A DNA stretch of 64,000 bases from Thermoplasmatota archaeon (lineage in GTDB: Archaea > Thermoplasmatota > Thermoplasmata > UBA10834): the NCBI GenBank assembly GCA_040751795.1, contig JBFMHR010000003.1:264421-328420 (forward strand). The letters are read 5' to 3'. Shown one piece after another: positions 17,530 through 26,620 of this stretch. A program made the position numbers and the translations under genes. Under the pieces are notes generated by a model. The model had not been told where the DNA came from and did not search any database. It saw nothing but the letters and a program-made list of their open reading frames with translations. Within the stretch, counting starts at the first letter, position 1. Each line of letters starts with the position of its first letter.

Positions 17530-19087
17530 GCTGCTCAGCGATGGCGACGCTGAGGTCCTTGATCGGTATGTCGACCTGCTCCTTGGGCACCTGGGTCTTG
17601 TTCTCCTGGACGCAGGAGAGGTGTATGAGGCACTTGTAGCACCCCGTCACGAGGCACTCTGCCCCCGTCCTCTTGGCCTCCTTCAGCCTCTCGACCTGCA
17701 GCCTCCTGGAGGTCTCGTCGCAGGTGGCCCATGCGCTCACGCCGCAGCAGAGGGCCTTGTCCCGGACGTTCTCCATCTCCAGGATCTGCGTGCCCTTGGA
17801 GGCGGTCAGGGCGCTCCTGGGCTGGTCGTATATGCCCATGTGCCTGCCGAGCCTGCACGAGTCCTGGAAGGTGAGCTTCCGGGCGCTGTCCTTCAGCCTG
17901 AGCCTGCCCTCCTTGACCAGGTCGTCCACGAACTCCGAGATGTGGACCATCTCGAAGGGGTGGTCCCCGGCCAGCTCCTGGTAGTCCAGGTCGAACGTGC
18001 GCATGCACTCGGGGCACGAGAAGACGACCTTCTTGGCCCCCGAGGCCTTTATGACCTCGAGGTTCTTCTTCATCAGCTTCTGGAGCGCCGCCTCGTCCCC
18101 CGTCCAGTTGAGGTCGTGCCCGCAGCAGACCTCGTCGTTGCTGACGGCCGGGACAATGCCCGCCCTGTTCATAATCTTTACGACCGCCCGGGGTATGCCA
18201 GACAGGTCCAGCTTCCTCTCCTTGAATATCGCGTCGAAGTACGGCGCGCAGCCCGTGAAGAAGAAGACCTCGCCCTTGTCGGCTATCTTGAGTTCGGGGG
18301 TGACCCAGCTGAGCCTGTCCTGCTTGAAGCTCCCGTGGGCCATGATCCTCATCACGCCCTGCATGAGCCCGCCCTGGGAGCAGGCGGGGTCGTTCTCGAG
18401 GGCGACGGCCTCGCCCCTGAGGCCCCGTATGAACCCGGAGTAGTCGACCTTGTACGGGCACATGGAGTTGCACTGCTCGCAGGTGACGCAGGTCCATATG
18501 TCCTTGTCCTTAGAGAGGTTGCCCACCTGCCCCTCGGTCGCCCTCAGGACTATGGTCCTCGGGGCGAACTCGGTGTTGTACTTGGCGACGGGGCAGACGG
18601 TGGTGCACTTCCCGCACTCGACGCAGTCGAAGGCCCCCGTGTCCTCGATGAGCGCGTCTATGCGCTGCTTGAGGGTGTCGGGGTTCCTGGTGGCCCTCTT
18701 CACCTTGGGCATCGGGTTGGGGCCGAGCGCCCTGACCTGCTCGGTGAACTCCTTCATGGTCGCGGCGAACTTCTGGCCCTCCGAGGCGGAGATCCACTCC
18801 AGCCTCATCCGGTCCCTGCCCACGCCGAGCCTGTCGAGGACCTCCTTCACGGACTCCATCCGCTTCTCCGCCTCGACGTTCCCGGATATGTAGTGGCAGT
18901 CGCCAATGTGGCACCCGGCGACGAGCACTCCGTCCGCGCCGAGCTCGAGCGCCCTCACGATGAAGTAAGGCTCGACCCTGCCGGAGCACATCACCCTTAT
19001 GACGCGCGCGTTGGGCGGGTACTGCATCCTGCCCACGCCCGCGAGGTCCGCGCCCGCGTACGAGCACCAGTTGCAGCAGAAGGCCAC
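17522..19087 (-). CDS. MvhD-domain / HdrD-like (HdrC + HdrB) fusion protein; start codon uncertain (GTG at 19087 or CTG at 19118 overlapping the hdrA stop)
   Basis: N-terminal FEPNIVAFCCNWCSYAGADLAG...GCHIGDCHY (MvhD). Two CxxCxxCxxxCP motifs (HdrC-like). C-terminal Cys-rich CCG-type domains (CCGHDL..., ALCCGVSAWATC..., TGCYKC) as in HdrB/HdrD. No ATG or TTG lies between the hdrA stop and the conserved FCC motif. Confidence 0.75.
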   Translation of the reverse strand: MAFCCNWCSYAGADLAGVGRMQYPPNARVIRVMCSGRVEPYFIVRALELGADGVLVAGCHIGDCHYISGNVEAEKRMESVKEVLDRLGVGRDRMRLEWISASEGQKFAATMKEFTEQVRALGPNPMPKVKRATRNPDTLKQRIDALIEDTGAFDCVECGKCTTVCPVAKYNTEFAPRTIVLRATEGQVGNLSKDKDIWTCVTCEQCNSMCPYKVDYSGFIRGLRGEAVALENDPACSQGGLMQGVMRIMAHGSFKQDRLSWVTPELKIADKGEVFFFTGCAPYFDAIFKERKLDLSGIPRAVVKIMNRAGIVPAVSNDEVCCGHDLNWTGDEAALQKLMKKNLEVIKASGAKKVVFSCPECMRTFDLDYQELAGDHPFEMVHISEFVDDLVKEGRLRLKDSARKLTFQDSCRLGRHMGIYDQPRSALTASKGTQILEMENVRDKALCCGVSAWATCDETSRRLQVERLKEAKRTGAECLVTGCYKCLIHLSCVQENKTQVPKEQVDIPIKDLSVAIAEQLE

Positions 19088-19113
19088 TATGTTCGGCTCG
19101 AAACGCTCCTCGG

Positions 19114-22100
19114 TCAGGCGCCCACCTCCTCGTCCTTCCCCTCGGGCGCGAGGAGCGCCTCGAGCATGGTCATGATCTGGTCGGTCTTGAAGTGCTTCGG
19201 CCTTATCGCCCTGGAGCAGCACGCGACCGCGCAGGAGCCGCAGCCCTTGCACAGAGCCTCGTTGATCTTCGACTTGAACACCCCTGGCGAGACCTCCTCG
19301 ACCCTGGGCGCCCCGTACTCGCACAGCTCCTCGCACCTGCCGCATGCGATGCACTTCTCGGGGTCTACCTCCGAGACGACGCCCTCCGCCTCGATGAACG
19401 GCTTGGACAGGACCGTGTTGACCCTGGCGGCCGCCGCAAGGGCCTGGGATATGCTCTCGTCTATGAGCCTCGGGGAGTGCGCCAGGCCGCAGAGGAATAT
19501 GCCGTCGGTGGCGAAGTCGACCGGCCTCAGCTTCATGTGCGCCTCGAGGAAGAAGCCCTCCCTCGTCAGCGGGACCTTGAGCATCTGGGCCAGGTCCTTG
19601 TTGTCAGGGTTGGGCCTGACGGCCGCGTTGAGGACCAGGTAGTCGGGCCTGATGGTCACGGTCTGCTCTATGAACTGCTCGTCCACCTCGACGGTGAGGT
19701 GGCCCCCGTGCTCGCTCACCCTCGGGGGCGACGAGGGGTCGTACCTCAGGAACACCACGCCGAGCCTCGCGGCCTCGTTGTAGTTCTCCTCCCTGAAGCC
19801 GAAGGTCCTGATGTCCCTGTAGAGGACGTACACGGCCGTCCCCGGGTGGTCCTGCTTGATCTTCATCGCGTTGGCCATGGCCGTGGAGCAGCAGATCCTG
19901 GAGCAGTTGGGGTGCTCCTCGTCCCTCGAGCCGACGCACTGGATTATGACCACGCTCTTCGCCTTGAAGTCCTTGCCCGAGACCATCTCCCCGAGGTCGG
20001 TCTGCCTGATGACCTTCGGGTCCTTCCCGAAAAGGTACTGCTCGGGCTCGTGCTCGACGGCCCCCGTCGCCACGACTATGGCGCCGTGCTGGACCTTCTC
20101 CCCGCTCCCGAGGGTGGTCTCGAAGTTGCCGATGTAGCCCTTGACCTCGGCCACGGTGTCCTCCAGGTGGACCTTGATCCTCGGGTCCCCCATGACCTCC
20201 TTCTCCAGCTTCCTGAAGGTCTCCTGGGGGTCGACCCCTATGAGGGTGCGGTGTATCCGCCTGAGGTGGCCGCCGAGGTGCTTGCTCTTCTCCACGACGT
20301 GCACGTCGAAGCCGCTCCTGGCGATCTCCAGGGCGGCGGTCATGCCGCTCAGGCCGCCCCCAATGACGAGCGCGGACTGGGTGACGGGTATCCTGGGCTG
20401 CGGGAGCGCCTCGAGCGTGGCCGCCTTGGCGACGGCCATGCGGACCAGGTCCTTGGCCTTCTCCGTCGCGCGCTCCGGCTCCCTCCTGTGCACCCACGAG
20501 CACTGGTCCCTGATGTTGGCCATCTCGAACAGGTACTTGTTCAGGCCCGCCTCCTTCACAGTGTTCTGGAAGAGCGGCTCGTGGGTCCTGGGGGTGCAGC
20601 TCGCGACCACGACCCTGTTGAGGTCGTGCTTCTCGATGGTCTCCCTGATCTTCTTCTGGGTGTCCTGCGAGCAGGTGTAGAGGTTCTGCTCAGCCACGAT
20701 CACGTGCTGGAGAGTCTTGGCGTACTCCATGACCTCCGGCACGTCCACGACCGAGCCGATGTTGATGCCGCAGTGGCAGACGAAGACGCCGATCCTCGGC
20801 TCCTTGCCCGCGACCTCCTTCTCCTTGGGGTACTCCTTCTTTGTGACGAGTGTCCCCCTGCTCTCCGAGAGGAGCGCCGCCGCCTTGCCGGCGGCGCCGC
20901 TGGCCTGCGCGATCGAGTCGGGGATGTCCTTGGGCCCGGAGAACGCGCCGCACACGTAGACGCCGGGGACGGATGTCTCAACCGGGGACAGCTCGTCCGT
21001 CTCGCAGAAGCCGAACTTGTTGAGGTCGACGCCCAGCACCTTGGCGAGCGCGCCCGTCGCCTCCGGCGGCCTCGCGCCCGCCGAGAGCACCACGAGGTCG
21101 AACGCCTCCTCGGCGATGTCGGCCCCCTCGAGGTAGCTGAGGATGACGTTGCCCGTGGCAGGGTCCTCCTGCAGCTTGGATATCCTGTTGTTCCTGAGGA
21201 CGCGGACGCCGTACTCGTTCTCCGCGCGCATCAGGTATTCCTCGAACTCCTTGCCGAAGGCCCGCGTGTCCATGAAGAAGATGGCCGTGTCGAGGCCCGG
21301 GACGTGCTCCTTGCCGATGACGGCCTGCTTGAGGGCGGCCATGCAGCAGTAGGAGGAGCAGTAGGTGTTCCCCGTCTGCGCGTCCCTCGAGCCGACGCAC
21401 TGGACGAAGGCGATCTTCTTCGGGACGTCGCCGTCCGAGGGGCGGATCACATGCCCCTCCGTCGGGCCCGACGCGCTCAGCATCCTCTCGAACTCGATGT
21501 TGGTCAGGACGTTGGCGTACACCCCGTGCCCGTACTCCGCCTTCTTCGACGCCTCGAAGACGTCGTAGCCGGGGCTGAGGATGATCGAGCCCACCTCGAC
21601 GACCTCCTCCTTGTCCGGCTTCTCGGAGTAGCTGATGGCCTTCGCCTCGCAGAATTTCTCGCAGATGCCGCAGCCGATGCAGAGGCCCCTGTCTATGGTA
21701 TAGACCAGGGGCACGGCCTGGGGGAAGGGCACGTAGATGGCCTTGGCCGGCGCGAGCTCCCTGTCGAAGGCGTTCAGCCCCTCGACCGGGCAGTGCTCCG
21801 CGCAGACGCCGCAGCCCGTGCACTTCTCCTCGATGATGTACCTGGAGCGCCTGGTGAGGGTGACCTTGAAGTCGCCGGCCTTCCCGTCGACCTTCTTGAG
21901 CTCCGCGTTGGTGAGCATGGTGATGTTCTCGTGCCTGCCCGTGGCTACGAGCTTGGGGGACACGATGCACATGGCGCAGTCGTTGGTCGGGAAGGTCTTG
22001 TCCAGCTGGGCCATGGTGCCGCCTATGCTGAGGCCGGCCTCGAGTATGTACACCTTGAAGCCGGAGTCGGCGAGGTCCAGGGCCGCCTGTATGCCGGCGG

Positions 22101-22149
22101 GGCCGCCGCCCACGACGAGGACGGCGCCGACCTTCTTGTGCTCTGCCAT
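19114..22149 (-). CDS. hdrA: Large heterodisulfide reductase subunit A (second copy of the tandem-module architecture)
   Basis: 1011 aa. Same arrangement as 9881..12916, about 60-70% identical to it by eye. Two GxGxxG FAD motifs, RIGVFVCHCG, several 4Fe-4S motifs. Confidence 0.9.
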   Translation of the reverse strand: MAEHKKVGAVLVVGGGPAGIQAALDLADSGFKVYILEAGLSIGGTMAQLDKTFPTNDCAMCIVSPKLVATGRHENITMLTNAELKKVDGKAGDFKVTLTRRSRYIIEEKCTGCGVCAEHCPVEGLNAFDRELAPAKAIYVPFPQAVPLVYTIDRGLCIGCGICEKFCEAKAISYSEKPDKEEVVEVGSIILSPGYDVFEASKKAEYGHGVYANVLTNIEFERMLSASGPTEGHVIRPSDGDVPKKIAFVQCVGSRDAQTGNTYCSSYCCMAALKQAVIGKEHVPGLDTAIFFMDTRAFGKEFEEYLMRAENEYGVRVLRNNRISKLQEDPATGNVILSYLEGADIAEEAFDLVVLSAGARPPEATGALAKVLGVDLNKFGFCETDELSPVETSVPGVYVCGAFSGPKDIPDSIAQASGAAGKAAALLSESRGTLVTKKEYPKEKEVAGKEPRIGVFVCHCGINIGSVVDVPEVMEYAKTLQHVIVAEQNLYTCSQDTQKKIRETIEKHDLNRVVVASCTPRTHEPLFQNTVKEAGLNKYLFEMANIRDQCSWVHRREPERATEKAKDLVRMAVAKAATLEALPQPRIPVTQSALVIGGGLSGMTAALEIARSGFDVHVVEKSKHLGGHLRRIHRTLIGVDPQETFRKLEKEVMGDPRIKVHLEDTVAEVKGYIGNFETTLGSGEKVQHGAIVVATGAVEHEPEQYLFGKDPKVIRQTDLGEMVSGKDFKAKSVVIIQCVGSRDEEHPNCSRICCSTAMANAMKIKQDHPGTAVYVLYRDIRTFGFREENYNEAARLGVVFLRYDPSSPPRVSEHGGHLTVEVDEQFIEQTVTIRPDYLVLNAAVRPNPDNKDLAQMLKVPLTREGFFLEAHMKLRPVDFATDGIFLCGLAHSPRLIDESISQALAAAARVNTVLSKPFIEAEGVVSEVDPEKCIACGRCEELCEYGAPRVEEVSPGVFKSKINEALCKGCGSCAVACCSRAIRPKHFKTDQIMTMLEALLAPEGKDEEVGA

Positions 22150-22150
22150 G

Positions 22151-22609
22151 TCAGACCCCCTCCCCGTAGATCGGGCCGAGCCTCTGGAGCTCGGCGACCA
22201 TCTCCTTCACGACGTTCGCGAACTTCTGCCCCTCGGAGCCCGCTATCCACTCGATCCTGAACCTCTGCGCCTCTATCCCCGCGTCCTCGAGGAACGATGA
22301 CAGGAAGTCGCCGCGCATGGCGGCCTTCTCGTTGCCGTTGATGTAGTGGCAGTCCGCCGGGTGGCACCCGGCGACTATGACGCCGTCCGCCCCGAGCTCG
22401 AAGGCCTTGAGCACGAAGGCAGGGTCCACCCTCCCGGAGCACATGACCCTGACTATCCTCACGTTCGGGGGGTACTGTATCCTGGTCGTACCGGCGAGGT
22501 CGGCCCCCGCGTACGAGCACCAGTTGCAGCAGAAGGCCACGATCCTCGGCTCGTACCCGGCCTGCTCCTCGGCCGCCTCGTGCTTCTTCGCGTGCGTGGT
22601 CACGGTCAC
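22151..22609 (-). CDS. mvhD: MvhD-type [2Fe-2S] subunit (standalone, GTG start overlapping the hdrB stop as GTGA)
   Basis: EPRIVAFCCNWCSYAGADLAG, GCHPADCHY. 153 aa. Confidence 0.8.
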   Translation of the reverse strand: MTVTTHAKKHEAAEEQAGYEPRIVAFCCNWCSYAGADLAGTTRIQYPPNVRIVRVMCSGRVDPAFVLKAFELGADGVIVAGCHPADCHYINGNEKAAMRGDFLSSFLEDAGIEAQRFRIEWIAGSEGQKFANVVKEMVAELQRLGPIYGEGV

Positions 22610-23523
22610 GACCCCCTGAGCTTCCGCAGGAGCGAGTGGGCCGACACGTGGTGCGTGTCGAAGCCCAGCGAGATCGGGTCTATGCCCATGGCGAGCGCCT
22701 GGAACTGGGAGACGTGCATCACGGGGATGCCGTCCTTGGAGAAGGCCTTCTGGGCGTTGTCGAACTGGAGGAGGCAGAACGGGCAGCCCGTGACGACGCA
22801 GTCCGCGCCCACGGCCCCGATCTTCCTGCACTTGTCCTCGGTGAGCGAGTTGGCCAGGTCCACGACGTGCGACCTCACGCCGCCGCCCGCGCCGCAGCAG
22901 TCGAGCTTGTCGTCGTAGTCCACGCTCGTCGCGCCGCACGCCTCGACTATGTTGTCCAGGAGGACGGGGTTGTTGGGGTCGTCTATGGTCCTGCTCTCGG
23001 TCGGCCTGAGGTAGTGGCAGCCGTAGTGGACCGCGACCCTGATGTTCTTCAGCGGCCGCTTCACCTTCGCCTGGATGGCCTCGATCCCGATGTCCTTGGC
23101 CATGAGCTCGATGTAGTGCCGGACGGTGACGGGCTCGAAGACCCTCCTCTTCCCCTCGCTCTTCTTCGGCACGCCGGTGTACTTCTTGCCGACCTGCGCC
23201 AGGACCCTGTTCACCTTGCCCATGCTCTTCGGGTCCTTGAGGTACTCGGTGGCCTTCATGAGGGACGTCAGGCAGCCGTTGCAGACCGTCAGGATGTCCC
23301 TCCTCTCGTCCTGCGCCAGGACGAGGTTCCTCGCCGCGAGGAGCAGCCAGGTCTCCTTGTCGGTGGAGTAGAATATCCCCGGGACGGGGCAGCACGAGAA
23401 CTCGGGTATGTCCTTGACGTCGAGGTCGAAGCCGTCCTTGCCGCAGACCCATCTCACGGCGTACTCGATGCCCGGGTACCTGTTGGGTATGACGCACCCG
23501 AAGAAGTAGGCGTAGGACGTCAC
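22606..23523 (-). CDS. hdrB: Heterodisulfide reductase subunit B
   Basis: Two CCG domains (CCPVPG..., CCGAGGG...CPFC). GTG start preceded by GGAGGTG. 305 aa. Confidence 0.9.
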   Translation of the reverse strand: MTSYAYFFGCVIPNRYPGIEYAVRWVCGKDGFDLDVKDIPEFSCCPVPGIFYSTDKETWLLLAARNLVLAQDERRDILTVCNGCLTSLMKATEYLKDPKSMGKVNRVLAQVGKKYTGVPKKSEGKRRVFEPVTVRHYIELMAKDIGIEAIQAKVKRPLKNIRVAVHYGCHYLRPTESRTIDDPNNPVLLDNIVEACGATSVDYDDKLDCCGAGGGVRSHVVDLANSLTEDKCRKIGAVGADCVVTGCPFCLLQFDNAQKAFSKDGIPVMHVSQFQALAMGIDPISLGFDTHHVSAHSLLRKLRGS

Positions 23524-24104
23524 GGGTTCACCTCCGACTCGATGCCGATGAGCTTGTCGTACTTGGAGGCGTGGACGAGGACGCCGATCTCCCTGAGGAC
23601 GTTCTTGAAGCCCGGGCTGAACGTGTGGATCTCGCCGAGGCCCAGCTCCTTCCTTATCTTGTTGATCTCCTCGTCGGGCTTGACGCTCTGGCCGTACCTG
23701 ACCAGGTTGGTGGCCGCGACCTTTATGAACGGCGGTATGACGCCCTCGCGGACGGCGATGTGCCTCAGCGCGATCATGACCTCGGCCGGGTTGATGTCGG
23801 CGGGGCAGTGCTCGTAGCACCTGTAGCACGTGGCGCAGACCCACCTGGTGCCGAGCGTGTAGTTCTTCAGCCCGAACTGGCAGAACTTCATGATGCTCCT
23901 GGTCTTGTAGTCGATCTTGAGGCTGATGGGGCACACGCCGGTGCAGTTGCCGCACTGGAGGCAGGTCATGACGTCCTTGCCGCTGTACTTCTTGATCTCC
24001 TTGGCGAAGCCGGGCTCCAGCTGGGACTCGTCGATGACCTTCTCCTCGACCAGCTCCTCCTTGAGCCCGCTGATGAAAGTCTTCTCGACCTCTCCCATGC
24101 TCAC
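23520..24104 (-). CDS. hdrC: Heterodisulfide reductase subunit C
   Basis: Two [4Fe-4S] motifs: CLQCGNCTGVCP and CATCYRCYEHCP. 194 aa. Confidence 0.9.
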   Translation of the reverse strand: MSMGEVEKTFISGLKEELVEEKVIDESQLEPGFAKEIKKYSGKDVMTCLQCGNCTGVCPISLKIDYKTRSIMKFCQFGLKNYTLGTRWVCATCYRCYEHCPADINPAEVMIALRHIAVREGVIPPFIKVAATNLVRYGQSVKPDEEINKIRKELGLGEIHTFSPGFKNVLREIGVLVHASKYDKLIGIESEVNP

Positions 24105-26188
24105 ACCTCCGCCCCGGCCTTCTTCTTGGCCGCCCTAGGGTGCCCGTTCGCGGACAGGGCCGCGACGAGCTCCGAGCATATCTGGTCGTCGGTGAACTGC
24201 CTGGCGGTGATGGCCGTCTGCGGGCACGAGGCCGCGCAGGTGCCGCAGCCGTGGCACAGGGCCTCTATGATCCTGGCCCTGGTCCTCCCCTCCTCGTTCT
24301 GGAAGAGCTCGGGGGCGCCGTACGGGCACAGCTCCGTGCACAGGCCGCACCCGACGCACAGCGACTCGTCTATCTGGACCGTTATGGGCTCGACCCTGAC
24401 CTTGCCGGTGAGCATCAGCGCCGCCGCGGACGACGCGGCCGCCTTGGCCTGGGCCACGGAGTCGGGGATGTCCTTCGGCGCCTGCGCGCACCCGGCCAGG
24501 AAGACGCCGTCCGTGGCGGTGTCGACCGGCCTGAGCTTCGGGTGCGCCTCGGCGAAGAACCCGTCGGCGCTGACCGGGAGGCTGAGGATCTTGCCGATGC
24601 GCTTGCTCCCCTCGGACGGGAGCAGCCCCACGGAGAGGACGACCAGGTCGAACTGCCTCTCGGTGATCTTGTTCAGCAGGGTCTCCTCGGCCCTGATCAT
24701 TATGCTCTTGGTCTCGGGGTCCTGGCTCAGCTTCGCCGGCCTGCCCCGGATGAACTCGACCCCGAACTCCTCCCTCACCCTGTGGTAGAGCTCCTCGAAG
24801 CCCTTGCCGAACGCCCTGATGTCGTTGTAGTAGACCGCTATCTCGGTCTCGGGCTCGTGCTCCTTGATGATCTGGGCGTTCTTGATGGCGTACATGCAGC
24901 AGACGCGGGAGCAGTAGTTCCTGTCGATCTTCTTGTTCCTGGACCCGACGCACTGTATGAACGCCACGCGCTTCGGGACCTTCTTGTCCGAGGGGCGTAT
25001 GAGGTGCCCGCCGGTCGGGCCGGAGGCGTTGAGGAGCCTCTCCAGCTCCAGGGCGGTGATGACGTTCTCGTACTCCCAGTACTTGTAGACGCCCTTCTTC
25101 ATGGGCACGTATGTCTCGAAGCCGGTCGCGACGATGATCGTGCCGACCTTGAGGTCGAGGACCTCGTCCTCCATCTTGTGGTCGATGGCCTTGTTGGCGC
25201 ACTCCTTGACGCAGAGGAGGCACTTGCCGCTCTTGAAGTGCAGGCAGTTCTCCTTGTCGACGGTGTACTTGAGGGGCACGGCCTGCGGGAAGGGGACGTA
25301 TATGGCCTTCCTCTTGCCGAAGCCCATGTCGAACTCGTTCTCCACCTTCACGGGGCAGACCTCGGCGCAGACGCCGCAGCCGACGCACTTGTCCTCGTGC
25401 ACGAACCTGGCCTTGCGCCGGACCTTGACGTCGTAGTTGCCGATGTAGCCCTTGACGTCCTCGACCTCGGAGTAGGACAGGAGGGTGACGTTGGGGTGCC
25501 TGGCGAGCTCGACCATCTTCGGGGCGAGTATGCAGATCGCGCAGTCGCCCGTGGGGAAGGTCTTGTCCAGCTGGGCCATGACGCCCCCGATGCTCGGCTT
25601 GGACTCGACCAGGTAGACCTTGAAGCCCATGTTGGCGAGGTCGAGCGTGGCCTGTATGCCGGCGACGCCGCCTCCAACGACCAGCGCCTTGGGCTCGACC
25701 GGCACCTCCCTCGACTCCAGGGGGGCGAGCCTCGCGGCCTTCGAAACCCCCATGCGGACGAGGTCTATGGCCTTCTCGGTGGCCTTCTCCTTCTCCTGGT
25801 TGTGGACCCAGGAGCACTGCTCCCGGATGTTGACCATGTGGAGCACATACGGGTTCAGGCCGGCCCTCTGGATGCAGGCCCTGAAGGTCGGCTCGTGCAT
25901 CCTGGGTGAACAGGACGCGATGACGACGCGGTCGACGTTGGCCTCCTTGATCGCCTTGACGATCTCCTCCTGGCCTAGGTCGGAGCACGTGTACTTGTTG
26001 TCCCTGGCGACGACGACCCCGGACATCTTCGCCGCCTCCTCGGTGACCTTCGGGCAGTCCACCACTCCAGCTATGTTGCTGCCGCAGTGGCACACGAAGA
26101 CCCCGATCCTGGGCGTGGTCGTCTCGGCTTGGGTTGTCTTTTCCGTGCTTGTCAAAGGTTCCTCTTTCAGAGGCTCGGGCGACCCCAT
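24101..26188 (-). CDS. hdrA: Heterodisulfide reductase subunit A (standard single-module form)
   Basis: PRIGVFVCHCGSNI N-domain, GGGVAGIQ FAD motif, inserted and C-terminal ferredoxin domains. Start taken at ATG 26188, preceded by GGAGGGGG. The longer ORF reaching 26260 has no support. Confidence 0.88.
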   Translation of the reverse strand: MGSPEPLKEEPLTSTEKTTQAETTTPRIGVFVCHCGSNIAGVVDCPKVTEEAAKMSGVVVARDNKYTCSDLGQEEIVKAIKEANVDRVVIASCSPRMHEPTFRACIQRAGLNPYVLHMVNIREQCSWVHNQEKEKATEKAIDLVRMGVSKAARLAPLESREVPVEPKALVVGGGVAGIQATLDLANMGFKVYLVESKPSIGGVMAQLDKTFPTGDCAICILAPKMVELARHPNVTLLSYSEVEDVKGYIGNYDVKVRRKARFVHEDKCVGCGVCAEVCPVKVENEFDMGFGKRKAIYVPFPQAVPLKYTVDKENCLHFKSGKCLLCVKECANKAIDHKMEDEVLDLKVGTIIVATGFETYVPMKKGVYKYWEYENVITALELERLLNASGPTGGHLIRPSDKKVPKRVAFIQCVGSRNKKIDRNYCSRVCCMYAIKNAQIIKEHEPETEIAVYYNDIRAFGKGFEELYHRVREEFGVEFIRGRPAKLSQDPETKSIMIRAEETLLNKITERQFDLVVLSVGLLPSEGSKRIGKILSLPVSADGFFAEAHPKLRPVDTATDGVFLAGCAQAPKDIPDSVAQAKAAASSAAALMLTGKVRVEPITVQIDESLCVGCGLCTELCPYGAPELFQNEEGRTRARIIEALCHGCGTCAASCPQTAITARQFTDDQICSELVAALSANGHPRAAKKKAGAEV

Positions 26189-26324
26189 GGTTCCCCCTCC
26201 TACTCGACTTGCCGCGTCGAAGTGCCGGATGGCCCGAGTGACCCCGCGGGAAGGCACCATTTCCTGCCGACTGGCGCTCCCACTCAGACCAGGTGTCGGA
26301 CGAGTGCAGATAATAAAGAGGTGC

Positions 26325-26334
26325 TTAATATAGG
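26325..26334 (-). promoter_or_regulatory. Putative TATA box (CCTATATTAA) for the hdrA-hdrC-hdrB-mvhD-hdrA operon
   Basis: AT-rich element about 137 nt upstream of the hdrA start, in an otherwise GC-rich intergenic region. Only a sequence pattern. Confidence 0.3.
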
Positions 26335-26620
26335 TTTCGTTGCGCGTCTTTCGAAAAACGCAGGCCTCCAGGCGATAATCGTTAAAGTTGCCGTGGCGGG
26401 TTGTAGGTTCAATTTCAGCGATGGGCTCAGAATTTCGAAAATCGTATAATTGACGTTTCTCGTTGCCCCCTTTCGCAACGAACCTGCGCCCGCCATCGTG
26501 AGGCGGACGTCCTGTAAAGAGTTTTCTGAGGCCGTGTTCCCGGGTGCCAAGGCCCGGGCGACGGCCTTCGTACCTTCTGCCCGTAAGGCGCCGCGGCCAT
26601 GTGCCCCGCGCCTGCCGCCC

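Noticed and set aside
26284-26550. 88-aa minus-strand ORF in the hypD-hdrA intergenic region.
   Set aside because: No motif, no RBS, atypical composition. The region more plausibly holds promoter or operator elements.
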